The notes beneath the pieces were generated by a model that worked only from the letters and a program-made list of their open reading frames with translations, was not told the DNA's origin and did no database searches. This document shows, piece by piece, positions 46,143 to 56,645 of a stretch of DNA of 64,000 bases (the first letter of the stretch is position 1; each line of letters starts with the position of its first letter). This DNA comes from an uncultured Verrucomicrobiae bacterium. GTDB lineage: Bacteria > Chlamydiota > Chlamydiia > Chlamydiales > Rhabdochlamydiaceae. The position numbers and the translations under genes are program-made. The DNA lies in the NCBI GenBank assembly GCA_963718565.1, contig OY970364.1, forward strand, positions 1,344,001-1,408,000, written 5' to 3'.

Positions 46143-49007
46143 CTATACTGTTGAATTTCGGGAAATCGAAATCCACTTGAAATCGACATCTCCATTGGGA
46201 GCAATGACTGCTTTTTCGACTTTTCCGCCTAAAATATACATGTAATTCGGGAAGAAGATGGGAATAATCGGCATTTCATCCATGAGGATCTGCTCTGCTT
46301 TGATCAGCCATTTTTCTCTTTGTTCCGCCTGAAAACATTGTAAAGCTCGATCTAGATAATTCGTGTAGTGGATGTTTTCCCATTGAGAAGAATTGTACAG
46401 ATTTGAACGGTCGCGAAATAGTTCCAAATAAGATCTTGGATACAGCGGAGATGTTGATCGATAACAAGACGCCATTTGGTATTCTCTTTTATCCAATAAA
46501 TAAGAAAGAGATTTCCATTCCATGTTCTTCAAGTGAATTTTAATCCCAAGAACAGATTGGATCTGTTCTTGGATGGTAAGGACTAGGCTTCGCTCTCCAT
46601 CTGCACTCCAATAAAGGGTGATTGGAGGGAATTCGTCGGGATGTATTTTGAGTTCTTTTAAACCTTCTTGGAAAAATTCTCGGGCCAATGAGGGATTACC
46701 ATCCCAATAAGGGATTTTTTGGCGAGACAAGTTGAAAATCGCATTAAAAATACAGGGCTCGCCCCCGAATTCTTGAGTGATTTGCTCTCGGTTAATCGCA
46801 CAAGCCAGCGCTTTTCGAATATGGGCTGAAAACAAAGGGAAAGAATGTGTATTCAGATAAATCCAATAGACTTGTGAAACGCTCTTTTGATGATAAGAGG
46901 CTAAGGTGTGAAATGGCCTTATCGATGAGGTCGTAAAAGGCTCTCCCACCCAATCCAGCTCTCCATTTTCAAACTGTTTGCCTATTAAGTTCACGTCTCT
47001 GACCATGGAAATGGTAATATCTTTTAGTGGAACATTCTTTTTATCCCAATAATAGGGATTCGATGTTAAATGAAGGCAGCTGTCCCGTTTCCATTGCTTC
47101 AAAAGAAATGGGCCATTGAAGTGATAAGGTTCTTGTTCTCCTCTATAAACTGGGGAAAAAATGGGATTAGAGATCAGGTGTAAAAAGTAAAAAGCGGGAT
47201 ATTCTAATTCGACAATAAGTGTTTTGGCATTGATCGCTTTGATTTTCACCTCATCTAGAGATTTTAGTCCTAAATGAGCCTTCTTTGCATTTTTTATGAT
47301 AAAAAAAAGGTCGGATCGCAAGCAATGAGATTGAGGAGCGATCGCCTTTTTCCAACTCTGTTCAAAATCGAAAGCAGAAACTTCTTCTCCATTGGACCAA
47401 CAATGGTTCCTCAAAATAAACGTGTAAATAGTATCTGAAGAAGAACGACGGATCTCTTTTGCCGCTGCAAGCTCAGGCTTGCCCTCAACACTGAGGCGCG
47501 TTAGCCCCTCGAATAAAGCCATTGCCAAGCAGCGGCATCGCTGATCAATGGCAATTTGTGGATTTAACGAAGGAGGATCTCCTTCTTGAAAATTCAGCCG
47601 GAGAATATTATCGCGCTCCTTGGTTTCGTCGATCTTGTGGATAGTGTGCTCTAAATTTGTCAATATATTCGAGCCCGATAAGACATCCAAATCCACAAAA
47701 CAAAGATAATGCTCACGTTCATACTCAAAAAAGCTATACCCTGCAGAGTGCATTTCTTTCTGCGTGTTTCTCAACTCTTTCAGCAAAGCATGATGAAAAG
47801 AAGGCGTAGATATCTTCAATAATGCAAATAGAGAATTTCCTTCTATTCTCTTTGCTACTCTTCCTCCGCATTCTTTTAAGTGCGAAATGACAAATGAAAA
47901 TAGCCGATGCGCCAAGGGAAGGTTGAGCAAAACTTGAAAATTCGCCGGTCTAAAAGCTTGGAAGATCTCTTGAATCAAAAGATGATCGTTTTCATGTTTA
48001 CTTCTAAAATGTTTTTTAATTTGCTCTAGCTGTTTGCTCTGTTGTGATAAAAGCCCTCCATTATAATCACGAAAATTTCCAAACATTTGTTCGACCAGTT
48101 TGGCAACATAACTTCTCGCTCGATCCAGATCGATTGACCAATTTTTTCCTAGAAATAAAGCACATTCTACTTCAAGAGAAAATAAAATCGCCTCTTTGAT
48201 ATCTCCCTTGGAAAAGGACATCAATGATTGCACTTTCTCCAAAGTCAAGTGGCAAGAAGAAGGTAAAGGATGCCTTTTTGAACAAAAAGGAGGTTCATTT
48301 TGCTTTCTCACACGCACTAGAATCACTCTGAAAAGTAAAACCTCTTGAATCTGTGATTGAAAGAGAATGATCACCTGAGGAAGATCCCTCTCAGATTTTA
48401 ATTCTTTAGCAAGCCGAACAGCACTCTTGTACGCCTCTTCTTCATTGCAAGAAAAAAGAAGTGAGGAGGAAAGAGATTGAATATTCTGCTTCAATTCACC
48501 AGGCAGTTGAGAGCGCAAAAGACTCATATCTTTTGCAGTGAAATTGTTTCCTCGCAGTCTTTCGACTTCTAAATAACAAAATAGAAAAGATCGGTCTCTT
48601 TCTCGGCAACAGTAAAAAGATTCCGGAATTGCTCCAATCCCTGGAAGCAGATTGACAATAGCGCGACTAATATGCTTTTCTTCCAGAACATCATAAGAGG
48701 ATTCCAAATTGACACCAATAGACACCCCGAAAGTGTCTCTTCCCGACGCTGGTGGCCGCGATAACTTTAGACTCAAAGCATATGGCTCCGATTTAATCCC
48801 ATGAAGCTTATGCCGAAGATGATATTGCAAACAAACGAGATGCTCAAGTTTTCTGAAATCTTTTCTCAAGAAAGAGGATGGATTAATTTCAACCAGGGTA
48901 CGCATTCCAATCTCGAACAATAGATCTCGATCGTAAATTTTAGAAAATCGCCGCTGTCGTTTCTTGAGAAGCTTAAAAAGCTTTAGCATGCATCCAATAT
49001 GGTCCAC
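46143..49007 (-). CDS. OppA-like protein with about 465-aa N-terminal extension
   Basis: C-terminal half has the same SBP5 motifs (DPPSLNP, LFEGLTR, WSNGEEVSAFDF, NGPF, EMPIIPI). N-terminal half is unrecognised. Confidence 0.8.
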   Translation of the reverse strand: MDHIGCMLKLFKLLKKRQRRFSKIYDRDLLFEIGMRTLVEINPSSFLRKDFRKLEHLVCLQYHLRHKLHGIKSEPYALSLKLSRPPASGRDTFGVSIGVNLESSYDVLEEKHISRAIVNLLPGIGAIPESFYCCRERDRSFLFCYLEVERLRGNNFTAKDMSLLRSQLPGELKQNIQSLSSSLLFSCNEEEAYKSAVRLAKELKSERDLPQVIILFQSQIQEVLLFRVILVRVRKQNEPPFCSKRHPLPSSCHLTLEKVQSLMSFSKGDIKEAILFSLEVECALFLGKNWSIDLDRARSYVAKLVEQMFGNFRDYNGGLLSQQSKQLEQIKKHFRSKHENDHLLIQEIFQAFRPANFQVLLNLPLAHRLFSFVISHLKECGGRVAKRIEGNSLFALLKISTPSFHHALLKELRNTQKEMHSAGYSFFEYEREHYLCFVDLDVLSGSNILTNLEHTIHKIDETKERDNILRLNFQEGDPPSLNPQIAIDQRCRCLAMALFEGLTRLSVEGKPELAAAKEIRRSSSDTIYTFILRNHCWSNGEEVSAFDFEQSWKKAIAPQSHCLRSDLFFIIKNAKKAHLGLKSLDEVKIKAINAKTLIVELEYPAFYFLHLISNPIFSPVYRGEQEPYHFNGPFLLKQWKRDSCLHLTSNPYYWDKKNVPLKDITISMVRDVNLIGKQFENGELDWVGEPFTTSSIRPFHTLASYHQKSVSQVYWIYLNTHSFPLFSAHIRKALACAINREQITQEFGGEPCIFNAIFNLSRQKIPYWDGNPSLAREFFQEGLKELKIHPDEFPPITLYWSADGERSLVLTIQEQIQSVLGIKIHLKNMEWKSLSYLLDKREYQMASCYRSTSPLYPRSYLELFRDRSNLYNSSQWENIHYTNYLDRALQCFQAEQREKWLIKAEQILMDEMPIIPIFFPNYMYILGGKVEKAVIAPNGDVDFKWISISRNSTV

Positions 49008-49041
49008 CTTCCCGTTTTTGATCCATATAAAGAAAATTTTC

Positions 49042-49392
49042 TCAGAGCCTGCTTATGGAATTAAAATGTCGTTTATAGAGAACGACTTCCTGGGCAGCTT
49101 CCGCTTGTTTCGCCCGATCAATGATGGAATATTTTCTTGTGTTTTTCGGATCGATATTTGGCCTATCGAGACATCCCTTGCCCCAATGTTGAGGGGCGTT
49201 GAGCGGTACATTTCCTGCATGCAGGCATACTGGTTCTATCCCTGACTGCATGATCACCAAGTTACATCCAGCCTGAATGTTGGATGGCACAGACTTGTAA
49301 TAGTGATTGATAATGCCTTGGATTTTTTCCGTTTGAAACTGCGGAGTCGGATGAACTCCGCCCGAGCTACTAAGAGGAGGAATGAGAGCCAT
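49042..49392 (-). CDS. Hypothetical protein (116 aa)
   Basis: ATG start with Ser/Pro-rich N-terminus. No known domain. Confidence 0.55.
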   Translation of the reverse strand: MALIPPLSSSGGVHPTPQFQTEKIQGIINHYYKSVPSNIQAGCNLVIMQSGIEPVCLHAGNVPLNAPQHWGKGCLDRPNIDPKNTRKYSIIDRAKQAEAAQEVVLYKRHFNSISRL

Positions 49393-49645
49393 AATTTGGA
49401 TTATTCACAAATCATGTTAAACTACAATAACATCGGTTATTACAGAATAATACGCGATGAGCAACTTTTTGGATGCGCTTGACGATCTCGATTCGCCCAA
49501 AGAGCCTTCAGACCTTCATATCTCGGGCTTGACCTGACTTGCTCAATTGCTGCAGAAGTTGGAGAATTTGCGCATTTTGCTCTTTCATTATCCTCATTTC
49601 TTCACTCAGCTCTTCGATGCGAGATTCGAGCTGGACGATCTTGAT

Positions 49646-50857
49646 TTAAAATCTCTTTGCTGAAAGCTTTTCGAATTGTCTGAATGGAATCAAAGTGACA
49701 AGAGCTGCGATAAAAGAAACACAAATAAGATAAAAAATACTCAAAGAATAATATTTTAGAACAATTATTGCTGATCCTGATATTAAAAAAGCAATTGAAT
49801 CGGCAGATTCGGCCAATCCGTATGTTTTTCCACGCTCATGCACTTTTCTGAGTTTGGAAATGATTGAAAACATAGTAGGAGATAAAAGAGCATTGCCTAT
49901 CGCGTGAAAAAAGTAACAAGCTGCTAGAACTGCATCAATATTATTAACAAAATGAGAAAGCGCAAAATAAGGCAACAAAGACACTACCGAAATTGTGTAG
50001 CCTACTTTTACTATTTTACTATCAGAAACGTTGGGGAAAAACTTTACAGAATAAGTGCCGCATAAATATCCGATCATCATCAAAATTTCTATAATAAAAG
50101 ATTCGTAATTGCTGAAGTCAGCATAATATATCAGAACGATGTATATTGAAATTTCAAATGAAATCCAAGTGAGCAGAACCATTTGAATGGATTTGTCTTT
50201 GAGATCTTCTATAATCTCACGGCAGATTAGAGCGAAAAATTGAATAACTTTCACTCTTCTAACTTCCTTAAACTTAGCGTCTTTTAAATCAAAGAAGTAT
50301 TTGATGCAAATTATTAATATAAATATGAACAATATCGACAATAACAATGTTGCGTTTATGTCAGAAAATTTCTTTTTTAGTAAAATCAATATCAAATAGC
50401 CAATTGCATAAGAAGCTGTTGCTAACGCGAAAGAAAAACGCAAATTCTTGCCCTCCGCATTACCCAAATCGCCGACCGCTGCCCAGCAGATTGGAACTGT
50501 ATTTCCTAGAACCCCCTTCGAGAGATTTAATAGACAGAGTAGAGTAATGTAATTAAGAAACTGCAAGTCGTAAAGGTATACAAATATTAGACCTATAAGA
50601 GAAAATGTGATAGAAACAATCAAACTAATTTTTCTTCCATAGAAGTCTGAAATACCAGCTTGGATGGGAGAAAATATGATCTGTAAAAAAAGAAAACCAG
50701 AAAATAGAAGGATTTCGCGAAATGTTGACTCATTTCCAAAAGAGCCAGCTATGTAGTTATCGCAGAGAACGTCGAAAGCGACAAAAAATAAAATTAAAAC
50801 AAGAAACTTAGTTTGCTTTGAATGTTTCTTTAACATTTGCTTTGTTGAGTGGCGCAC
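49646..50857 (-). CDS. MFS transporter (probable exporter)
   Basis: Multiple TM helices, motif A-like GISDFYGRK, HERGKTYGL. AT-rich. Confidence 0.85.
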   Translation of the reverse strand: MRHSTKQMLKKHSKQTKFLVLILFFVAFDVLCDNYIAGSFGNESTFREILLFSGFLFLQIIFSPIQAGISDFYGRKISLIVSITFSLIGLIFVYLYDLQFLNYITLLCLLNLSKGVLGNTVPICWAAVGDLGNAEGKNLRFSFALATASYAIGYLILILLKKKFSDINATLLLSILFIFILIICIKYFFDLKDAKFKEVRRVKVIQFFALICREIIEDLKDKSIQMVLLTWISFEISIYIVLIYYADFSNYESFIIEILMMIGYLCGTYSVKFFPNVSDSKIVKVGYTISVVSLLPYFALSHFVNNIDAVLAACYFFHAIGNALLSPTMFSIISKLRKVHERGKTYGLAESADSIAFLISGSAIIVLKYYSLSIFYLICVSFIAALVTLIPFRQFEKLSAKRF

Positions 50858-50931
50858 TTAAAAGAATGAAATGCACCGCAACCCTACTTAAACACAATGT
50901 CAAGGACAATTGTCAACAAGTTTTTTTGTTG

Positions 50932-51720
50932 CTAATTTTTTGTTTTTCGCGCTTTGATGGTTAGCTGTTGGTACGGCAAAAGAATCTCACCATCTGCCGT
51001 GCTCACATTCACTTCCAGACTTTCTTTTACAGCTTTGTTTAGAAAGGATTCATGTAGTTCTTCTGGCAACGGAACATAACAGGTTAGCCAGCCTTTAAGA
51101 TAGGCTTTTAGCTCTTCAGTATTTTTATATGCTGAAAGCCGCCATTCGGGGAGAAATTCTTCAAATTTCATGCCGTTGGATTCAAGTATACTACGGTATT
51201 CGTCGATAGAAAGCATGGTGCGGGCAGCAGACAAAAGCTTGTAGGAAGAAAATTCCTCGAGGGTTTTTTCAAGGAAAGTAATATAAGCTGATTCTTTTAA
51301 GTATGTCAGGATCAATAAAGTTCCACTTGGCTTAAGAAACCTGCACATCAAATCAAGGGCTTTTTTAGGCTCTCTTACCCACAACAGGCAGCTGAAGCAG
51401 ATGATTACATCAAAGCTGCCGTTATCAAAATCCATTTCTTCCGCTTTTGCTTCTTTGAAGTCGAGATTTGGATACCTTGCATTCGGAAATTCTTTTTTTG
51501 CCAGTTGGATCATGTTTGCAGAGGCATCGATGCCGATGGAAATGCCTTGAGGTGCTTGCAGCGAGATTTCTGCGATAATATTTCCAAAACCACAACCTAC
51601 GTCCAATACAGAAGAGAATTTTGTCAATTCTAGTGATTTTAGGAGCTCTTGAGCTCGTTCGAATTGAGGTTTTGAATTATTTTGATAATAAGACGCATCA
51701 ACGTCAACTATTTCTTTCAT
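50932..51720 (-). CDS. Class I SAM-dependent methyltransferase
   Basis: VLDVGCGFG, GIDASANMIQLA, FDVIICFSCLLWV, LKPSG. Confidence 0.92.
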   Translation of the reverse strand: MKEIVDVDASYYQNNSKPQFERAQELLKSLELTKFSSVLDVGCGFGNIIAEISLQAPQGISIGIDASANMIQLAKKEFPNARYPNLDFKEAKAEEMDFDNGSFDVIICFSCLLWVREPKKALDLMCRFLKPSGTLLILTYLKESAYITFLEKTLEEFSSYKLLSAARTMLSIDEYRSILESNGMKFEEFLPEWRLSAYKNTEELKAYLKGWLTCYVPLPEELHESFLNKAVKESLEVNVSTADGEILLPYQQLTIKARKTKN

Positions 51721-51816
51721 AAAATGGATACAGGGGTTTTCATTTTTCGAGCATATTTTATTAAAAAATGGTATTATTATCCCAGCTTGAATTTTTCCTC
51801 AATTAAATAATTTATT

Positions 51817-53634
51817 ATGAGAATAGCGCACCAGGTATCTCAAAATTTTCAAAGTTTCTGCGATCTTTTCCGCTCTCAGGTTTCAAAAAATCCCGAAGCA
51901 ATAGCAGTTGTCTTCGAGGAGAATTCTCTGTCATATGCAGAGCTGGACAAGAGATCTTCTCAATTAGCGAACTTCTTAGAGGAAAATAATGTTAAATCAG
52001 AAAGCATAGTTGCATTAAGCCTCCACAACAGCATCGAGCTTTTAGTTGGGATGTTAGGCATTATTAAATCGGGAGGGGTTTATCTCCCAATCGATCCGAA
52101 TTATCCGAAAGAAAGGATTGAATCAATAATCAGAGATTCTAACCCAGTTCTTGTGTTAACGGAGGATAAATTAAAAAGCTTATTCCTTTCATTTCCATGC
52201 AAAGTCGCTCTAGTCACTGAAATCCCTTATAGTGATCTCATTCACAAAAAACTCATCAAACCCGATCATGCAGCTTATGTCACCTATACTTCTGGGTCTA
52301 CAGGAAAACCAAAAGGGATTGTGATGGAGCATCGAGCTCTATCACATGCAGCTTTGTGTTATCAGAAATTGCATCCAGACCGGCTGGTTTCGCTAGTGGC
52401 TGGTAGTATAAGCTTCGATGCGGGTTTGCTCGTCATTTCGCACACTTTATCTCTTGGAGGGATGGTGTGCATCCCTAAAAATGAAAGTGTTGTGGATCCT
52501 CAATATTTCATTGAGTTAATCCAAAAACACAGCATCAATTATACTCTCTGCGTTCCTTCCTTTTATTTGATGATATTGAGTAAATCACGAAAATTGCCTT
52601 CTTTGCTTTGTGTTGATTTGGGAGGAGATACTCTTCCGAATGAGCTGCCCGCCCTTCATGCTGAGATTGCTCCCAACGCGATTCTACACAACGTCTATGG
52701 ACCTTCGGAATACGCTGTGGGTGCCACATTTGAAAAAATTTACGATCCCGCAAATAAGCAATTCAATAGAATTTCTATTGGAATGGCTTTGCCCAACACT
52801 CAAGTCTACATTTTGGATGAAAGCTTAAAAGAGGTTGCTCCTGGAATAAAGGGCGAAATTTACATTGGAGGCGAAGGGCTTGCCAGAGGCTATCTGAATA
52901 GAGATGTTCTTACAAACGAAAGATTCCTCTGGGTCACTTTTCTGGGGCGATCCCCGATTCGCCTATACAAAACCGGAGATTTTGGCCGATTTTTATCCAA
53001 TGGAAATATCGAATTCCTTGGCCGAATGGACCATCAAGTGAAAATTCGAGGATACCGTGTAGAGATGAGAGAAGTCGAACACGCCATTTCTCAATACCCG
53101 GATGTAAAAGAAGTTGTCGTGATGGCCCAAGAGGGACAATTAATCGCCTATTTCTGTTCTAAGAATGAGATTTCGAAGAAACTGCGCATTTATCTTCAGG
53201 ATATTCTCCCTCAATACATGGTCCCTTCTGCCTTCATTCAGATTGAAAGTTGGCCTCTGACGCCCAATGGAAAAATAGATAGGAATGCCCTAGTTGCACC
53301 GCTGAAGGGGGCATCTTTTGAACGGCCCCTATCCGAAATGGAACGAACACTATTTCAAATCTGGAAGCAGGTGTTAGGCAACGATAGATTTGGGACAAAG
53401 GACAATTTTTTTGAGCTGGGAGGTGACTCGCTCCAGATTGTGAATGTACAGACAATTCTCGAGGAAGCAATCGGGAAGAACATAAGCATCGCAGTACTTT
53501 TCCAGTATCCAACGATTTCCCAACTTGCAAACTATCTTTCAACAGATGAAGCTGTTCCGCAGAAAAACCACGAACGTAGGGAAAAACAAAAATCTGCTTT
53601 TCAACACTTTAAAAAATTCCACAATCGAGAATAA
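51817..53634 (+). CDS. Standalone NRPS loading module (adenylation + PCP)
   Basis: LSYAELD, AYVTYTSGSTGKPKG, SFDA, NVYGPSE, GEIYIGGEGLARGYLN, YKTGD, GRMDHQVKIRGYRVE, PNGKIDR. PCP motif FFELGGDSL. Confidence 0.95.
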   Translation: MRIAHQVSQNFQSFCDLFRSQVSKNPEAIAVVFEENSLSYAELDKRSSQLANFLEENNVKSESIVALSLHNSIELLVGMLGIIKSGGVYLPIDPNYPKERIESIIRDSNPVLVLTEDKLKSLFLSFPCKVALVTEIPYSDLIHKKLIKPDHAAYVTYTSGSTGKPKGIVMEHRALSHAALCYQKLHPDRLVSLVAGSISFDAGLLVISHTLSLGGMVCIPKNESVVDPQYFIELIQKHSINYTLCVPSFYLMILSKSRKLPSLLCVDLGGDTLPNELPALHAEIAPNAILHNVYGPSEYAVGATFEKIYDPANKQFNRISIGMALPNTQVYILDESLKEVAPGIKGEIYIGGEGLARGYLNRDVLTNERFLWVTFLGRSPIRLYKTGDFGRFLSNGNIEFLGRMDHQVKIRGYRVEMREVEHAISQYPDVKEVVVMAQEGQLIAYFCSKNEISKKLRIYLQDILPQYMVPSAFIQIESWPLTPNGKIDRNALVAPLKGASFERPLSEMERTLFQIWKQVLGNDRFGTKDNFFELGGDSLQIVNVQTILEEAIGKNISIAVLFQYPTISQLANYLSTDEAVPQKNHERREKQKSAFQHFKKFHNRE

Positions 53635-53636
53635 CC

Positions 53637-56375
53637 ATGGACCAAATTCCAGAACATGCCATTGCAATCGTCGGTATGTCAGGCAGGTTTCCTGGCGCTC
53701 ATAACATTGAAGAATTTTGGGGAAATGTTCTTCACAAGAAAGAAACGATTACCGCTTTCACCGACCAGGAGTTGTTTGAATCGCGAATTCAATCGCCCAA
53801 TTATGTAAAAGCCAGAGGAATTTTAAAGGATGTCGAGTATTTTGACGCAGATTTCTTTGGAATTCCGCCTCTAGAAGCACGGCTTACAGACCCACAGCAT
53901 CGAATTTTATTAGAATGCGCATTAGAAGCATTGGAAAATGCTGGATATTGCCCCGACTCTTATTCAGGTTCGATTGGGATTTATGCAGGAACGTCAAGGA
54001 GCACTTATTTTCTCAACAACATCCTTCCGCATCGCGATCTCATGGAGACAATGGGTGACTATCTCGTGCGGATTGGGAACGAACAAGATTTTTTAACGAC
54101 AAAAATCTCTTACAAGCTGAACTTAAAAGGTCCAAGCCTGACGGTACAGACGGCTTGTTCGACATCCCTTGTGGCCATTTGCACAGCTTGCAATCAACTC
54201 CTCACCTACCAATGCGATATGGCCCTGGCGGGAGGAGTGTCCATTTTTATACCTCAACATAGTGGTTATGAATATCAAAAAGGGATGATCTTTTCACCCG
54301 ATGGCCATTGCAAACCTTTCGATGTTGATGCTCAGGGAACAGTCCCGAGCAATGCCGCTGGCATTGTTGTTTTAAAAAGATTGGAAGACGCTTTAGAAGA
54401 CAAAGATCACATCTATACTGTCATTAGAGGCTACGGCATGAATAATGATGGCGGGGGAAAAATGAGCTTCTCTGCTCCTAGCGTCAAAGGGCAAGCCGAG
54501 GCAATAGGGGCTGCGATTTCTATGGCTGGAATCGATCCAGAAACGATCGGGTATGTGGAAGCGCATGGCACAGCAACCCATCTAGGAGATCCCATAGAAA
54601 TGGATGCTCTTACTAAAGCCTTCAGAAGCCATACTCAACGAGATGGTTTTTGTGCGATTAGTTCTGTCAAAAGCAACATTGGACACTCTATGGAGGCAGC
54701 TGGAGTCGTTGGATTCATCAAGGCTGTTCTAGCCTTGAAAGAAAAAATAATTCCGCCCGCGCTCCATTTCAATACTCAGAACCCGCAAATTAATTTTAAA
54801 AATTCCCCTTTCTACGTGAATACTGAACTGAAGAATTGGTCTCCTGGAATCGCCCCGCGGCGTGCGGGCGTGAGTTCTTTTGGCATCGGTGGAACAAATG
54901 CCCACATGATTCTCGAGGAAGCTCCGAACGTCAAAAATTCACGTGAAGTAGAAGGCCCCCACCTTTTAATTCTATCGGCAAAAACGAATTCCGCATTAAA
55001 TGCAATCACCCGCAACTTATCAAATTATTTAAAAGAGAATCCTGAAGTCTGTCTAGCCGATGTTTCTTTTACTTTGCAAATGGGCAGAAAAGCATTCGAC
55101 CATCGACGCGCAATTGCCTGTCGGAATCGAAGCGAAGCGATCGAATCATTGCTAACTTCTGATTCTAAGCCCTTCGCCCCGCAAACATCTATGGAAGAGT
55201 ATGTCTCTAATACAGGAAAATCATGGGCATCAGGAGAGATCATCGATTGGCAAAATTACTGGGTCCATCTAGAAAGAAAGCCTTCCCGCATTTCTCTTCC
55301 GACTTATCCTTTCGAAAAAAAAAGGCACTGGATCGATCCGCCCATAACAACAACTGTACCACAACGATTTGAAGCTTTTCCCCAAAACTTAGAGCTTGCC
55401 TTGCTAAACATTTGGAAGAAGTTTTTGGGAATGGATAGTATCGGAATCCATGACAATTTTTTTACTTTAGGTGGAGACTCCCTTTTAGCGATCCAAGTTA
55501 TCACTCAAATACAAGATGAAATTGGATTTTCCGTAAGATTGCAATCGTTTTACCAATTTCCCACTATTGCTGAGCTTGCCGAAGTCATTTCCCAACAACT
55601 AGATTCCAATTCCTGCATTGTCCAATTAAAAAGCGGAGACGAACGTTTACCCCTTTTTTTAATTCACGGTATAGATGGCAACATTTTTTCTTTTAGATCT
55701 CTTGTCGATTCAATGTCTTATAAGGGGCCCATTTTTGGAATCCAGGATAATAGTTTTGCCAAAAAGGATGTGAAAATTGAAGAGATGGCTTCCTCATACA
55801 TTAGCGAAATTAAGAAAAAATACCCTGATGGACCTTATCTTATTTGCGGCTTTTCATTTGGCGGGATCATCGCTTACGAAATAAGTCGGCAGTTACATCA
55901 AATGGGGAATTCACCCAAATTTATTGGGATGATAGATACGATAAACCCTCAATACGACTCTGTGCCTTTAAGCAATGATTTGGAGATGCTCACCTTTTTA
56001 ATTGAACTTTTGGAGGGAAATGAAATTTCCCGTGAAAAGAATTTCTTAGAAGAAAGATTGTTAAAAAGCATGGGAATGGATGTTTTTCCTGAAAATGAAC
56101 GAAAAAATTACTTCGAGCGAGTCCAATGTTACTTAAAATCATTAAAGCACTATTTTCCAAAAGAGAATCATCAGGATCTGACATTTTTCGAGGCTAAGGA
56201 TCGCTTCATCCGCATGAAGGACATTCCCTTGATCACCACTTGGCGATCGTTACTTAAAGGAGCTGTAACCGTTCGTGAAATAACAGGCAATCATTTAAAT
56301 ATTTTAAAGCCCCCTCACCTCAAAAATCTTGCCCATCAATTGGATCTTTCTCTTGAAGAAGCTCTGAAAAAATAA
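53637..56375 (+). CDS. Type I PKS module KS-ACP-TE lacking an AT domain
   Basis: KS triad TACSTS, EAHGTAT, KSNIGHS. SSFGIGGTNAH. Short linker straight to IDW...LPTYPF with no GHSxG AT. ACP GGDSLL. TE GFSFGG...GNH. Confidence 0.93.
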   Translation: MDQIPEHAIAIVGMSGRFPGAHNIEEFWGNVLHKKETITAFTDQELFESRIQSPNYVKARGILKDVEYFDADFFGIPPLEARLTDPQHRILLECALEALENAGYCPDSYSGSIGIYAGTSRSTYFLNNILPHRDLMETMGDYLVRIGNEQDFLTTKISYKLNLKGPSLTVQTACSTSLVAICTACNQLLTYQCDMALAGGVSIFIPQHSGYEYQKGMIFSPDGHCKPFDVDAQGTVPSNAAGIVVLKRLEDALEDKDHIYTVIRGYGMNNDGGGKMSFSAPSVKGQAEAIGAAISMAGIDPETIGYVEAHGTATHLGDPIEMDALTKAFRSHTQRDGFCAISSVKSNIGHSMEAAGVVGFIKAVLALKEKIIPPALHFNTQNPQINFKNSPFYVNTELKNWSPGIAPRRAGVSSFGIGGTNAHMILEEAPNVKNSREVEGPHLLILSAKTNSALNAITRNLSNYLKENPEVCLADVSFTLQMGRKAFDHRRAIACRNRSEAIESLLTSDSKPFAPQTSMEEYVSNTGKSWASGEIIDWQNYWVHLERKPSRISLPTYPFEKKRHWIDPPITTTVPQRFEAFPQNLELALLNIWKKFLGMDSIGIHDNFFTLGGDSLLAIQVITQIQDEIGFSVRLQSFYQFPTIAELAEVISQQLDSNSCIVQLKSGDERLPLFLIHGIDGNIFSFRSLVDSMSYKGPIFGIQDNSFAKKDVKIEEMASSYISEIKKKYPDGPYLICGFSFGGIIAYEISRQLHQMGNSPKFIGMIDTINPQYDSVPLSNDLEMLTFLIELLEGNEISREKNFLEERLLKSMGMDVFPENERKNYFERVQCYLKSLKHYFPKENHQDLTFFEAKDRFIRMKDIPLITTWRSLLKGAVTVREITGNHLNILKPPHLKNLAHQLDLSLEEALKK

Positions 56376-56479
56376 TTTTTTTGTTTTATTTTCTTTTTCA
56401 AAGAAATTTCCTATGGAATATCAGTTTAGATCAGATGAAACAGGTCGCGAAGCAGGGCCAGTTTCTATAATGCAAAGCC

Positions 56480-56533
56480 TGGCATGGATCCAAATGACAT
56501 TCAGTGCTTTCCATAGGTTTTTGAGGACGTACC
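56480..56533. repeat. Diverged partial family C element
   Basis: tggcatggatccaaatg...tttttgaggacgtacc resembles the right arm of 8367-8492. Confidence 0.55.
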
Positions 56534-56645
56534 CATCTAGATACTATACTTAGTCACCGCTATGCTTTTGAAAAGATGGCATAAAACAATGGCCAAAGAA
56601 CATAGGCATAGAAAAACTTTCTAAAATACTCTTGACTTCTTACTG

